This document shows positions 8,924 through 17,555 of a stretch of DNA of 32,000 bases, piece by piece (positions within the stretch are counted from its first letter, which is position 1; each line of letters begins with the position of its first letter). The notes below the pieces were generated by a model, which was given only the letters and a program-made list of their open reading frames with translations, ran no database searches and was not told where the DNA came from. Both the position numbers and the translations under genes were made by a program. Source of the stretch: Candidatus Arthromitus sp. SFB-rat-Yit (GTDB lineage: Bacteria > Bacillota > Clostridia > Clostridiales > Clostridiaceae). The DNA lies in assembly GCF_000283555.1 (NCBI RefSeq), contig NC_016012.1:840001-872000 (forward strand), given 5' to 3'.

Positions 8924-10057
8924 ATGAATTTTTCAATTGATATAAGGGGATCTCATTTATATCATGGCACTGGAATAGGAACCTATACGAAAAACCTAAT
9001 AACTCATTTACTTAAAATAGATAAAGATAATTTTTATAATCTGCTTTATTGTGGATATAATCCTACTCAATTTAAACAATCAAATTCCCAAATATATTTC
9101 ATTTCAAGAAAACACAGCTCATATTTTGAGCAAATTTATATACCAAATTTGTTACAAAAAAATAATTTATCCCTCTTTCACATGCCGCAAAATGGAATTG
9201 GATATAAAGAACTTATCTCTTCGAAGAAATTTAAATCCATAGTAACGATCCATGATTTAATTCCTTACATTCTTCCTCAAACAGTTGGTAAATCCTATTT
9301 AAAAAACTTTTTGAAACAAATGCCCTATATAGTTGAAAATTCATCTGCAATAATAACAGTTTCAGAATACTCAAAACAAGAAATCATGAAATTTTTCTCC
9401 GTTGATCCAAATAAAATTTTTGTTACCCCCCTTGCAACTAGTAAAAATTTTAAACCTTTGAACACTTCATACTGCAAAGATATTTTAAAAGAGAAATTTA
9501 ATATTGATTATGAATTCATTTTGTATATTGGTGGTTTCAGCAAAAGGAAAAATATATATAATTTGATCTCAGCTTTCAAAATGGCATACAAAAATTTTAA
9601 TAAACCTTTAAAGCTTGTACTACTTGGTCAAATACGGGAAGAATTTAGAAAACTATTGAAAATGATCAATGAGAATGGTCTTTCAGATTACATTGTATTC
9701 ACAGGGTTTGTTGAAGAAAAATATTTGCCAATATTCTACAATGCATCAGAATTTTTTGTATACATCTCCTTATATGAAGGATTTGGATTACCTCTTTTAG
9801 AAGCAATGAGCTGTAAAAAAGCAATAATCAGCTCTAATGTTAGTTCTATACCTGAAGTTGTTGACAGCACTTCTTATCAAGTTAACCCTTATGACATTTT
9901 GGAAATTTCAGAATCTTTATGTAAATTATCAAACGATAATAATTTGAAAAATAAATTATCTGAAAATGCGTACACACGTTCAAAGCTTTTTTCATGGGAA
10001 AAATGTACTTATTCAACCTTAGAGATTTATAAGAGTTTACACGAAAATATGAACTAG
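8924..10057 (+). CDS. Family 4 (GT-B) glycosyltransferase
   Basis: 377 aa. HGTGIGTYTKNL; LYIGGFSKRKNIYNLISAF; SLYEGFGLPLLEAMSCKKAIISSNVSSIPEV; RBS AAGGAG. Confidence 0.94.
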   Translation: MNFSIDIRGSHLYHGTGIGTYTKNLITHLLKIDKDNFYNLLYCGYNPTQFKQSNSQIYFISRKHSSYFEQIYIPNLLQKNNLSLFHMPQNGIGYKELISSKKFKSIVTIHDLIPYILPQTVGKSYLKNFLKQMPYIVENSSAIITVSEYSKQEIMKFFSVDPNKIFVTPLATSKNFKPLNTSYCKDILKEKFNIDYEFILYIGGFSKRKNIYNLISAFKMAYKNFNKPLKLVLLGQIREEFRKLLKMINENGLSDYIVFTGFVEEKYLPIFYNASEFFVYISLYEGFGLPLLEAMSCKKAIISSNVSSIPEVVDSTSYQVNPYDILEISESLCKLSNDNNLKNKLSENAYTRSKLFSWEKCTYSTLEIYKSLHENMN

Positions 10058-10066
10058 TTTATATAC

Positions 10067-10100
10067 AAAAAGTAAAATGATCTTAAACATTTTACTTTTT
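10067..10100 (+). terminator. Intrinsic terminator after the GT4 gene
   Basis: AAAAAGTAAAATG-atcttaaa-CATTTTACTTTTT. Confidence 0.9.
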
Positions 10101-10168
10101 GGGTTTAAATATTTTTCATTTATCTTGGAAATAATATTTTTCAAACAAATTTAAAAGGAGCTTTTTAA

Positions 10169-10885
10169 ATGAAGTTGATAAATAAATTTTTTATACTATT
10201 TTCTATATTTGTTATACTAAGTTCAATTCCGACAAAAGCCATAGATGAAACTCAAAAAAAATATGTTTACTTAACCTTTGACGATGGACCAACAAAAGGA
10301 AATACTCCAAAATTACTAGATGAACTTGAACGCCTAAATCTTCCTGCTACATTTTTCGTAGTTGGAAATTTAGTTAAGGAAAACACGGAAGCGATGAAAA
10401 AGATAATTGATAAAAATCATTCAATAGGTCTTCATACGATATCTCATAATAAAAATAAGTGCTACGAATCTCATGAAAGTTTCATAAGAGAGAATTCAGA
10501 ATTAAGGAATTTACTTAAAGAAAAATACAACATTGAAAGTAATATTCTTAGATTTCCCTTTGGATCTCAAAATTCTTATTTAAAGATGGATAAGGTATTC
10601 CTAGATAAATTACATAACAATAATTTTAAAATATTCGATTGGCATATAGACACAACGGATGCTTTAAATCCTCATAAAACTCCTCAAGAACTCTTAAATA
10701 TATGTAAAAGACAATATGAAAAATTTTATAAAAATAATTCAAACATAATTATCTTAATGCACACAAATTCGAATAATAATAACACAATAAAAGCTCTTGA
10801 AGGAATTAAAAATTATTTTGTAGAGCTCGGATATGAATTTAAATCATTGGATGATAACTCAAAAGAATTATATAATGTAAAATAA
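10169..10885 (+). CDS. Secreted polysaccharide deacetylase (CE4 family)
   Basis: Signal peptide; YLTFDDGPTKGNTPKLLDEL, SIGLHTISHNK and LRFPFGSQN motifs; RBS AAAAGGAG. Confidence 0.93.
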   Translation: MKLINKFFILFSIFVILSSIPTKAIDETQKKYVYLTFDDGPTKGNTPKLLDELERLNLPATFFVVGNLVKENTEAMKKIIDKNHSIGLHTISHNKNKCYESHESFIRENSELRNLLKEKYNIESNILRFPFGSQNSYLKMDKVFLDKLHNNNFKIFDWHIDTTDALNPHKTPQELLNICKRQYEKFYKNNSNIIILMHTNSNNNNTIKALEGIKNYFVELGYEFKSLDDNSKELYNVK

Positions 10886-10890
10886 ATCAA

Positions 10891-10925
10891 AAAATAGCAT
10901 AGCTAATTAGCTATGCTATTTTTAT
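10891..10925. terminator. Bidirectional intrinsic terminator between the convergent deacetylase and permease genes
   Basis: aaaaatagcatagct-aatt-agctatgctattttt, perfect stem. Confidence 0.95.
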
Positions 10926-11932
10926 ATCATTAAATATTGAAACATATTAAACAAATAACCAACGATTATAATTCCAATAATACAAATTGTAACGAATATT
11001 CCTAATAATTTTGGTTTTATAACTTTTTTCAGCATTATAAGAGAAGGTAAACTTAAAGTAGTTACTGCCATCATAAAACTTATAACTGTCCCAAGCTGTG
11101 CTCCTTTTGCAAGCAAAGCTTCTGCAAGAGGTATCATTCCAAAAATATCTGCGTACATCGGAACACCTATTAAAGTTGCAAGAACTACGCCAAAAGGATT
11201 ATTATTTCCAAGAATAGTCTGAACCCAAGTTTCAGGAACCCAATTGTGTATAATTGCACCAATAACAACACCAATTAAAATATATATAAAAACTTTTCTA
11301 AAGGTTTCAATCACTTGATTCTTAGCGAACACCAATCTATTTCTCACTGTAAGAGTGTAAGATTCAATAGATACTCTCTTTTTATTATCTATAAATTTTT
11401 CTACATATTTTTCCATGTTCATTTTATCAATAATACTACCTCCAACTACAGCTATAACAAGTCCGATAAACACATATAAAACAGCAATTTTAGTTCCAAA
11501 AACACTTATTAATAAAACCAAACTTGCCAAATCAACCATTGGCGATGAAATAAGAAATGAAAAAGTTACTCCTAATGGTAGTCCAGAACTAGTAAACCCA
11601 ATGAACAATGGAATAGATGAGCATGAGCAAAATGGTGTCACAGTTCCTAAAAGTGCTGAAACAATATTAGCTCCAATGCCACGAAAACGTCCAAGAATTT
11701 TTTTACTCCGCTCTTGTGGAAAATAACTTTGAATATATGAAATTATAAAGACCAGAAAACATAGTAAAATAGAGATCTTAAACATATCATAAATAAAAAA
11801 CTGAATACTACCTCCAATTGCTGAATGAATATTTATTCCTAAAAAAGATATAGCATTTCCTATAAAATCATTTAACCATCTCATCCCAAGTAACTGATCT
11901 TGAATAAATCCCCAAATAGAATTTAAATTCAT
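10922..11932 (-). CDS. DUF318/ArsP-type predicted permease
   Basis: Multiple TM segments; signature TPFCSCSSIPLFIGFTSSGLPLGVTFSFLISSPMVDLASLVLL; sits immediately downstream of an ArsR gene. Confidence 0.88.
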   Translation of the reverse strand: MNLNSIWGFIQDQLLGMRWLNDFIGNAISFLGINIHSAIGGSIQFFIYDMFKISILLCFLVFIISYIQSYFPQERSKKILGRFRGIGANIVSALLGTVTPFCSCSSIPLFIGFTSSGLPLGVTFSFLISSPMVDLASLVLLISVFGTKIAVLYVFIGLVIAVVGGSIIDKMNMEKYVEKFIDNKKRVSIESYTLTVRNRLVFAKNQVIETFRKVFIYILIGVVIGAIIHNWVPETWVQTILGNNNPFGVVLATLIGVPMYADIFGMIPLAEALLAKGAQLGTVISFMMAVTTLSLPSLIMLKKVIKPKLLGIFVTICIIGIIIVGYLFNMFQYLMI

Positions 11933-12012
11933 AAATTAAATCCTCCATTCAAATTGATACATTCAAAAGTATCGAAATATTATGCAAAATAAAAATCATC
12001 TTTTCAGATGAA

Positions 12013-12333
12013 TTATTTATCATTAAAACAATTAATATTATCTTCATTAATTCTATTAATATTTAACTGCTGATCTAACAATTTCTTTGCACGCTCTACC
12101 CCATCAAGATTAATAGAATAATAAACCCACTTTCCATCTTTACGAGCTCTAACAATATCAGCATCACAAAGTAACTTCATATGATGTGAAAGAGTTGATT
12201 GAGTAACACATAAATAATCTAATAAGTCACAAGCACATTTTTCCCCTACTCTAAGCTGTTCCAAAATTTTTAAACGATTTTCATCACAAAGAGCTTTAAA
12301 TACTTTAACAACATCACTATACAAGATTTCCAT
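12013..12333 (-). CDS. ArsR/SmtB family transcriptional regulator
   Basis: 106 aa winged helix: LCDENRLKILEQLRVGEKCACDLLDYLCVTQSTLSHHMKLLCDADIVRARKDGKWVYYSIN. Confidence 0.93.
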   Translation of the reverse strand: MEILYSDVVKVFKALCDENRLKILEQLRVGEKCACDLLDYLCVTQSTLSHHMKLLCDADIVRARKDGKWVYYSINLDGVERAKKLLDQQLNINRINEDNINCFNDK

Positions 12334-12373
12334 ATAACATCATCTCACATTCATTCCTTTAGACTACCATTTT

Positions 12374-12401
12374 ATTATATCCATATATTTAAATTTGTCA
12401 A
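12374..12401 (-). promoter_or_regulatory. Near-perfect sigma-A promoter of the arsR-permease operon
   Basis: Minus strand TTGACA (12396-12401), 16-nt spacer, TATAAT (12374-12379), about 40 nt upstream of the arsR start. Confidence 0.85.
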
Positions 12402-12420
12402 TATATTTCGTGAAATCTCC

Positions 12421-12473
12421 AAAAATAAATAGGAGCACTTAGATAAAAATTAAAATATAATCGCTCCTATTTC
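12421..12473 (-). terminator. Hairpin terminator downstream of the 12503..13399 gene (long loop)
   Basis: AAATAGGAGC/GCTCCTATTT 10-bp perfect stem (12427-12436 and 12463-12472) followed on the minus strand by ATTTTT. Confidence 0.7.
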
Positions 12474-12502
12474 TCAATATTTAAAATTAACATATCTTAA
12501 AA

Positions 12503-13399
12503 TTAAGCTTTAAACTTACTAACTAAATTTTTATATTCAATATCTGACTTCATTTTGTTGATTATTTCATTTATTGATTCTTCAGAACTTTTACCTTCCT
12601 TTTTTAATCCCTCAAATTCAGATTCCCAATATTTTTTACCGTCCTCATCTGCATCCCTTAAAAGAACCATCTTATAGATGTCAGATATAATTTCGTCATT
12701 TGATCCTCTAAGGGTCAAAAATTTAATGTCTTGAAAAGAATCTAAATTAAGAGAAATTGCATTTAACACATTAATTTTATCTTCTAAACTACAATTTGAA
12801 AGATCTATTTGATTTATTGCCCAAATTAAATTTACAGCTTCTCTAATTTTATCTTCAGTAAGATCTTTAAATTTATTTCTTATATATCTATCGATCTTAT
12901 CATAAATTATCTTTTCTTCAGCATTTAATCTTGACTGATCAGTTATTAATACACTTAAAGATAATTTAAATAATTCTGCATCCGCACCAATCAATTTAGG
13001 ATTTGCAGTTGTCAAAACGTTCGTAATTTCAATTGGTGTTAATTCTAAATATTTTAATCCCTCTATCATATTCTTATCGCCATAATACATTCCCTTAATA
13101 AATGCCCAGTATATTTTTGTCCTAATATGCAACTCCTTTTCTGAATAAAACTTATTCTTTTGCTTATAAATCTCAGATATTTTTTTAAAACTTTCATTAT
13201 AACTATTTTTAGATTCTTCGTCTAAATAATTTATATCTATCTTCTCTACTTTGGCTAAAAAATCATCAAAACTTGTAGATTCCTGATTACTTTCTGATAC
13301 CATCATTTCATTTGCATTCACATTAATAAAATTAAAACTAAAAAATGATGATAAACATAGTGAAACACTCACAATAATATTCGAAACTTTTTTTCTCAT
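12503..13399 (-). CDS. Secreted protein with DUF4214-like C-terminal segment (paralog A)
   Basis: Signal peptide (MRKKVSNIIVSVSLCLSSFFSFNFINVNA); C-terminal ISDIYKMVLLRDADEDGKKYWESEFE...IEYKNL; full-length similarity to the 13461..14378 product. Confidence 0.75.
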   Translation of the reverse strand: MRKKVSNIIVSVSLCLSSFFSFNFINVNANEMMVSESNQESTSFDDFLAKVEKIDINYLDEESKNSYNESFKKISEIYKQKNKFYSEKELHIRTKIYWAFIKGMYYGDKNMIEGLKYLELTPIEITNVLTTANPKLIGADAELFKLSLSVLITDQSRLNAEEKIIYDKIDRYIRNKFKDLTEDKIREAVNLIWAINQIDLSNCSLEDKINVLNAISLNLDSFQDIKFLTLRGSNDEIISDIYKMVLLRDADEDGKKYWESEFEGLKKEGKSSEESINEIINKMKSDIEYKNLVSKFKA

Positions 13400-13430
13400 A
13401 TTTTCACCCCAAATTTAATCACATAAAATA

Positions 13431-13459
13431 AGAAAGGACTACAAAATGCAGTCCCTTCT
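13431..13459 (-). terminator. Hairpin / partial terminator between the two paralogs
   Basis: Minus strand AGAAGGGACT-gcattttgt-AGTCCTTTCTTATTTT. Confidence 0.6.
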
Positions 13460-13460
13460 G

Positions 13461-14378
13461 TTAGTTAAACAAATTTTTACCCATTAAAGTCTTATACTCT
13501 TCTGACTCTCTTAATCTATTAACTATATCATTAATGGAATCTTTAAAACTTTTACCTTGATTTATAAATTTTTGCAATAAATCAACCCAAAACTTCTTCC
13601 CATCTTCATCTGCATTTCTTAGGAGTACAACATCATAAAGCTCATTTATGATTTCATCACTTATTCCAGAAATTGTTAAAGCCTTAAGATCTTGAAAAGA
13701 TTCAAAATCTATAGGGATATTTTTCAACATCTTAACCCTATCTTCTAACACAAACTTAGATAAATTTATTCTGCTCATTGCCCAAAATAAATTTATACTA
13801 CCTCTCATATCATCTGGTTTAAAATCTTTGAATTCATTTACAAACTCTTGCTCAATCAAAGAATAAATTTCACTATCTTCTCCAGATAATTTTGTTGGAT
13901 CAGTTAACAATGAAGTAAATTTAAATTTAAATAATTCTAAATCAAATGGAGATAAATTCAACTCTAAGCTTGTCAATATTTCCATCATATCATTAATTGA
14001 TAATCCTAAATATTTTACAGCCTCATCTATATTGCTTTCATCATTATATAAATCAAATATGTACGAAGCATATATATTAGATCTTAATTTCAATTCATCT
14101 TCTGAGTAAGACTTATTTTGTGATTTATATTTATCAGAAATTTTTTGATAAATTTTATCATAAGTTTCCTTACTAAATTTATCTTTTAATAAATCAATAT
14201 TTAAATTCCCCACCTTCTCTAGAAAAGCTTCAAAAGTTTCATCAGATGATGAAGTTGATAATTCTGGTATATTAATTTGCGTTAATGAAATTGCCTGAGT
14301 TTTAATAGGTGATATATAACTCAAACACGCCAATGATAATGAACCCGCAATAACAAAACTTAAAAATTTACTTTTCAT
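13461..14378 (-). CDS. Secreted protein with DUF4214-like C-terminal segment (paralog B)
   Basis: Signal peptide; C-terminal INELYDVVLLRNADEDGKKFWVDLLQKFINQGKSFKDSINDIVNRLRESEEYKTLM; RBS TAGGAGG. Confidence 0.75.
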   Translation of the reverse strand: MKSKFLSFVIAGSLSLACLSYISPIKTQAISLTQINIPELSTSSSDETFEAFLEKVGNLNIDLLKDKFSKETYDKIYQKISDKYKSQNKSYSEDELKLRSNIYASYIFDLYNDESNIDEAVKYLGLSINDMMEILTSLELNLSPFDLELFKFKFTSLLTDPTKLSGEDSEIYSLIEQEFVNEFKDFKPDDMRGSINLFWAMSRINLSKFVLEDRVKMLKNIPIDFESFQDLKALTISGISDEIINELYDVVLLRNADEDGKKFWVDLLQKFINQGKSFKDSINDIVNRLRESEEYKTLMGKNLFN

Positions 14379-14466
14379 AATACCTCCTAAATATTGTAAT
14401 GATTAAAATATAACACAATCAAATAATTATTTGAATAGAATTTCGAAATAAATTTATTTCTAAAAC

Positions 14467-14505
14467 AAAAAGATACAGTAAGTAAAACACTTACTGTATC
14501 TTTTT
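14467..14505 (-). terminator. Intrinsic terminator of the tRNA operon
   Basis: AAAAAGATACAGTAAGT-aaaac-ACTTACTGTATCTTTTT, perfect 17-bp stem. Confidence 0.95.
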
Positions 14506-14514
14506 AGCTAAATG

Positions 14515-14589
<75 letters not shown>

Positions 14590-14656
14590 GTATCTTAATT
14601 ATGTCGTGTCGTATCGTAAAATTTAGAAATTAATGTAAACACCATTTGAAAAGATA

Positions 14657-14732
<76 letters not shown>

Positions 14733-14752
14733 ACAATGATTTTTTAGTAATT

Positions 14753-14829
14753 TGGCGACCCAGAAGGGGCTCGAACCCTCGACCTCCGGCGTGACAGGCC
14801 GGCACTCTAACCAACTGAGCTACTGGGCC
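14753..14829 (-). tRNA. tRNA-Asp (anticodon GTC), CCA encoded
   Basis: GGCCCAG TA GCTCAGTTGGTTAGAGT G CCGGC CTGTCAC GCCGG AGGTC GAGGG TTCGAGC CCCTT CTGGGTC G CCA. Confidence 0.97.
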
Positions 14830-14867
14830 AATTACTCGCAAACATTTATTTACTGTTTACTTTATTA

Positions 14868-14896
14868 ATTATATGCTCATTTTGTTTATTTGTCAA
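14868..14896 (-). promoter_or_regulatory. Consensus sigma-A promoter of the tRNA operon
   Basis: Minus strand TTGACA (14891-14896), 17-nt spacer, TATAAT (14868-14873). Confidence 0.9.
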
Positions 14897-14900
14897 TTAT

Positions 14901-15764
14901 TTATTTCATTTTATTATATAAATTTTTCAAATTATTTTGATTAAACGTATATTTACTTTTGCAATAATCACAAATTATAGTTTCTTCCCTGCCTTCATCG
15001 ATTATATTTTTGAGTTCCACCTTACCCAAACTTATCAATGCCTTCTCAACTTTTTCAACGGAACAATCGCATTTATACTCAAATAAACTTTCGTCTAGAA
15101 TTTTAAGTCCCATATCATCAAACATAAAATTTAAAATATCGTAAATTGTCTTTCCATTCTGAAGATGTTCCAACATTTTTCCCATATCTTGAAACCTATA
15201 TGATATTATATCTGCGAGCATCTCATCAGCTCCAGGCAACATTTGAACCATTAATCCTATTGAATTTTTAACACATCCTCCATTGTCAAAATCTATTTCA
15301 ACAGAAATTGCCGTGGGTGTCTGCTCAGATAAAGTATAATAATACGCCAAATCATTGCAAATATCTGATTTGTACAATGGTACCTTGCTTGTATATGGAT
15401 TTTTAAGTCCAAAATCTTTTGTTACAACCAAAAATCCATTTCCAATCAAATCGCTCACTTTTAAACTTTCACAAAATGCATCTGGATCTGAAATATATCC
15501 CTTTAAGGTTCCATCTCCTCGTGTAATTGTTGTCATATTCTTCAAAAATCCATCTCCATCAAATCTTATCATAATACTATCTGACTCCGTTTTATTTGTT
15601 GATGAAATCATAGCAGATGCGGTCATCAATTTTCCGAACGCTATCATTGTAAGCTCATTTAATTTATGTAATTTTCGGATTTTATTTAATAAATTTGTAG
15701 ACGTAGTTGCAATTATTCTCACAGTATCATTTTTAGCAACAGCTTTAATAATTTTATCCTTCAT
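14901..15764 (-). CDS. hslO: Hsp33 redox-regulated chaperone
   Basis: Hsp33 fold motifs (MLPGADEMLADIISYRF; ILDESLFEYKCDCSVEKVEKAL) and zinc-binding CxC...CxxC (CDC...CDYC). Confidence 0.95.
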   Translation of the reverse strand: MKDKIIKAVAKNDTVRIIATTSTNLLNKIRKLHKLNELTMIAFGKLMTASAMISSTNKTESDSIMIRFDGDGFLKNMTTITRGDGTLKGYISDPDAFCESLKVSDLIGNGFLVVTKDFGLKNPYTSKVPLYKSDICNDLAYYYTLSEQTPTAISVEIDFDNGGCVKNSIGLMVQMLPGADEMLADIISYRFQDMGKMLEHLQNGKTIYDILNFMFDDMGLKILDESLFEYKCDCSVEKVEKALISLGKVELKNIIDEGREETIICDYCKSKYTFNQNNLKNLYNKMK

Positions 15765-15835
15765 AAAAATACCTCATCTTAATATTAATCACCTTATATT
15801 CTACAAGCTGAAAAAATTTTTTCAATAACCGCAAC

Positions 15836-15865
15836 AAAAAAACATCTGCATATAAACAGATGTTT
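15836..15865 (-). terminator. Intrinsic terminator downstream of the putative lipoprotein gene
   Basis: Minus strand AAACATCTG-tttatatg-CAGATGTTTTTTTG. Confidence 0.85.
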
Positions 15866-16271
15866 AATAAATTAGTGCAAATCCATTTGGATCAGATGAC
15901 ATTTGTCTTTCAACCATGGCCTTTGCATTTGGATCTAACTTTTGAAGATCTTCTTGAGTAACTGTTTTAAATATAATTACAGTTCCTTCTCCCTTTTCCA
16001 ATATTTCATGATTACCATTTGCATTATATTTAAGTTTAGTTCCTTCTGCTAAAGTCACAATCTCACCATCTTTGTAAACACTCTCACTACTTTGATTTTC
16101 ATTTCCCATGTTAACTTGTGGCTTTCTATTACCTGTTTCTCTATCAGTTTTAGTTGTATTAGAATTTTGGGTAACATTATTTTGCTGATTACCTCCACAA
16201 GACATAAATGATGTTGTTAATCCTGCAAATAATGCTACCGATAATAAAATATTTTTAATTAACTTATTCAT
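15864..16271 (-). CDS. Small putative secreted/lipoprotein, function unknown
   Basis: Start revised to the ATG at 16271 (MNKLIKNILLSVALFAGLTTSFMSCGG...) because GAGGAG precedes it. Signal peptide plus weak lipobox. Confidence 0.7.
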   Translation of the reverse strand: MNKLIKNILLSVALFAGLTTSFMSCGGNQQNNVTQNSNTTKTDRETGNRKPQVNMGNENQSSESVYKDGEIVTLAEGTKLKYNANGNHEILEKGEGTVIIFKTVTQEDLQKLDPNAKAMVERQMSSDPNGFALIY

Positions 16272-16294
16272 ATGTAATCTCCTCACATTTTTTG

Positions 16295-16341
16295 AAAAAA
16301 TAAGAACCATCCAAACTAAGAGTTAGATGATTCTATTTTTT
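16295..16341 (-). terminator. Hairpin/terminator downstream of the HtrA-like gene
   Basis: aaaaaataagaaccatc...gatgattctatttttt; near-perfect stem with inner AACT/AGTT pairing. Confidence 0.75.
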
Positions 16342-16357
16342 GAGTTTTTATATGAAT

Positions 16358-17419
16358 TTATTCATTTATTTTCAATTGAAGCCTTATTTGCTTATTATTT
16401 CTTACCACCAAAACATTCAATGTGTCTTGTATAGTTTTCTTAAGTTCATTTATTTGATCAATAGAAAATATTTTTGTTCCGTTAAATTCAACAACGCTAT
16501 CTCCTGGCATTATTCCAAGTCTATCTGATAAAGATCCCCTTTCTACTTCAACAACAAATATTCCAGATGAAACACCAACTTTAAATGGTAATTGATCAGT
16601 TATATTAACCCCAGATAATCCTAAAGTTATAACTGGTGTGCTTAATTCTTCAAGTTTAAGCTTTGCAATACTTATAGGAATTGACAAACCAATTCCTTCA
16701 ACACCATCAACTGAAATTTTTGCAGTATTAATACCGATTACCTCACCTCTTAGATTAAGTAAAGGGCCTCCACTATTTCCAGGGTTTATTGCAGCATCTG
16801 TCTGTATAAATGTTGAAATACCATTTTTTGTCTCAACTTTCCTTGATAACCCACTTATAATACCAACTGTTGAACTTCCACTAAATGATAAATCAAGTGG
16901 ACTTCCTATAGCAATTACCCATTCACCAACTCTTATATTATCTGAAGATCCAAATTGAAGAACTGTTGGACTTGCAAATCCTGGTGTCGTAACTTCTAAA
17001 AGAGCAATATCATTAGTAACATCCGTGTTTATTACTTTTGCATCAAGCCTCTGTCCATTGTAAAGTATTATGTTAACAGTTGAAGCGTTAAGTACAACAT
17101 GTTGATTTGTTAAAATTCTAGTAGGAGTTATAAAAAATCCACTTCCTATACCACTAACTTGATTAGTCGTATTATAAGAATCTACAATAGAATTAACACT
17201 TACTGTTACAACTCCTGGACTTAATGCCTCTATTATATCTGCAATACTATTATGTTTAGGTATCATTTTTTCTTCTAAGCTAGATTGATCTGCTGAAACT
17301 TTAGCATCATTTTGGTTTTGAAGTTTACTATATACGCTTGTACCAAAACTAAATAAACTTAAAGATACAATTAATAACAACGCTACATAAATAACTGATA
17401 CAACACTTCTCTTTTTCAA
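16358..17419 (-). CDS. HtrA/DegP-like membrane-anchored serine protease with PDZ domain
   Basis: N-terminal TM; TNQHVV, NDIALLEV and INPGNSGGPLLNLRGEVIGIN catalytic motifs; C-terminal PDZ (LGIMPGDSVVEFNGTKI). Confidence 0.95.
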   Translation of the reverse strand: MKKRSVVSVIYVALLLIVSLSLFSFGTSVYSKLQNQNDAKVSADQSSLEEKMIPKHNSIADIIEALSPGVVTVSVNSIVDSYNTTNQVSGIGSGFFITPTRILTNQHVVLNASTVNIILYNGQRLDAKVINTDVTNDIALLEVTTPGFASPTVLQFGSSDNIRVGEWVIAIGSPLDLSFSGSSTVGIISGLSRKVETKNGISTFIQTDAAINPGNSGGPLLNLRGEVIGINTAKISVDGVEGIGLSIPISIAKLKLEELSTPVITLGLSGVNITDQLPFKVGVSSGIFVVEVERGSLSDRLGIMPGDSVVEFNGTKIFSIDQINELKKTIQDTLNVLVVRNNKQIRLQLKINE

Positions 17420-17555
17420 ATCTGCTACACCTCTTTTTATTTTAAAAGTTAAAAAATTATTATAATAATTAAGTATTAACTAAAACTAATAAAAAAATAT
17501 ATATGTTTAAAATAATTTTAAAATATTGTTTTAATAAGATGATTAAATAAACTTT

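Noticed and set aside
10300-10880. Considered whether GT2/GT4/deacetylase genes mark a capsule or mobile exopolysaccharide island
   Set aside because: Only three genes, no polymerase, flippase, transposase or repeats; not enough to call a capsule locus or island.
11415-11726. Plus-strand 103-aa ORF antisense to the permease
   Set aside because: Overlaps a confident membrane protein gene; no RBS or recognisable product.
15355-15828. 157-aa plus-strand ORF antisense to hslO
   Set aside because: Entirely opposite Hsp33; no convincing RBS or motif.
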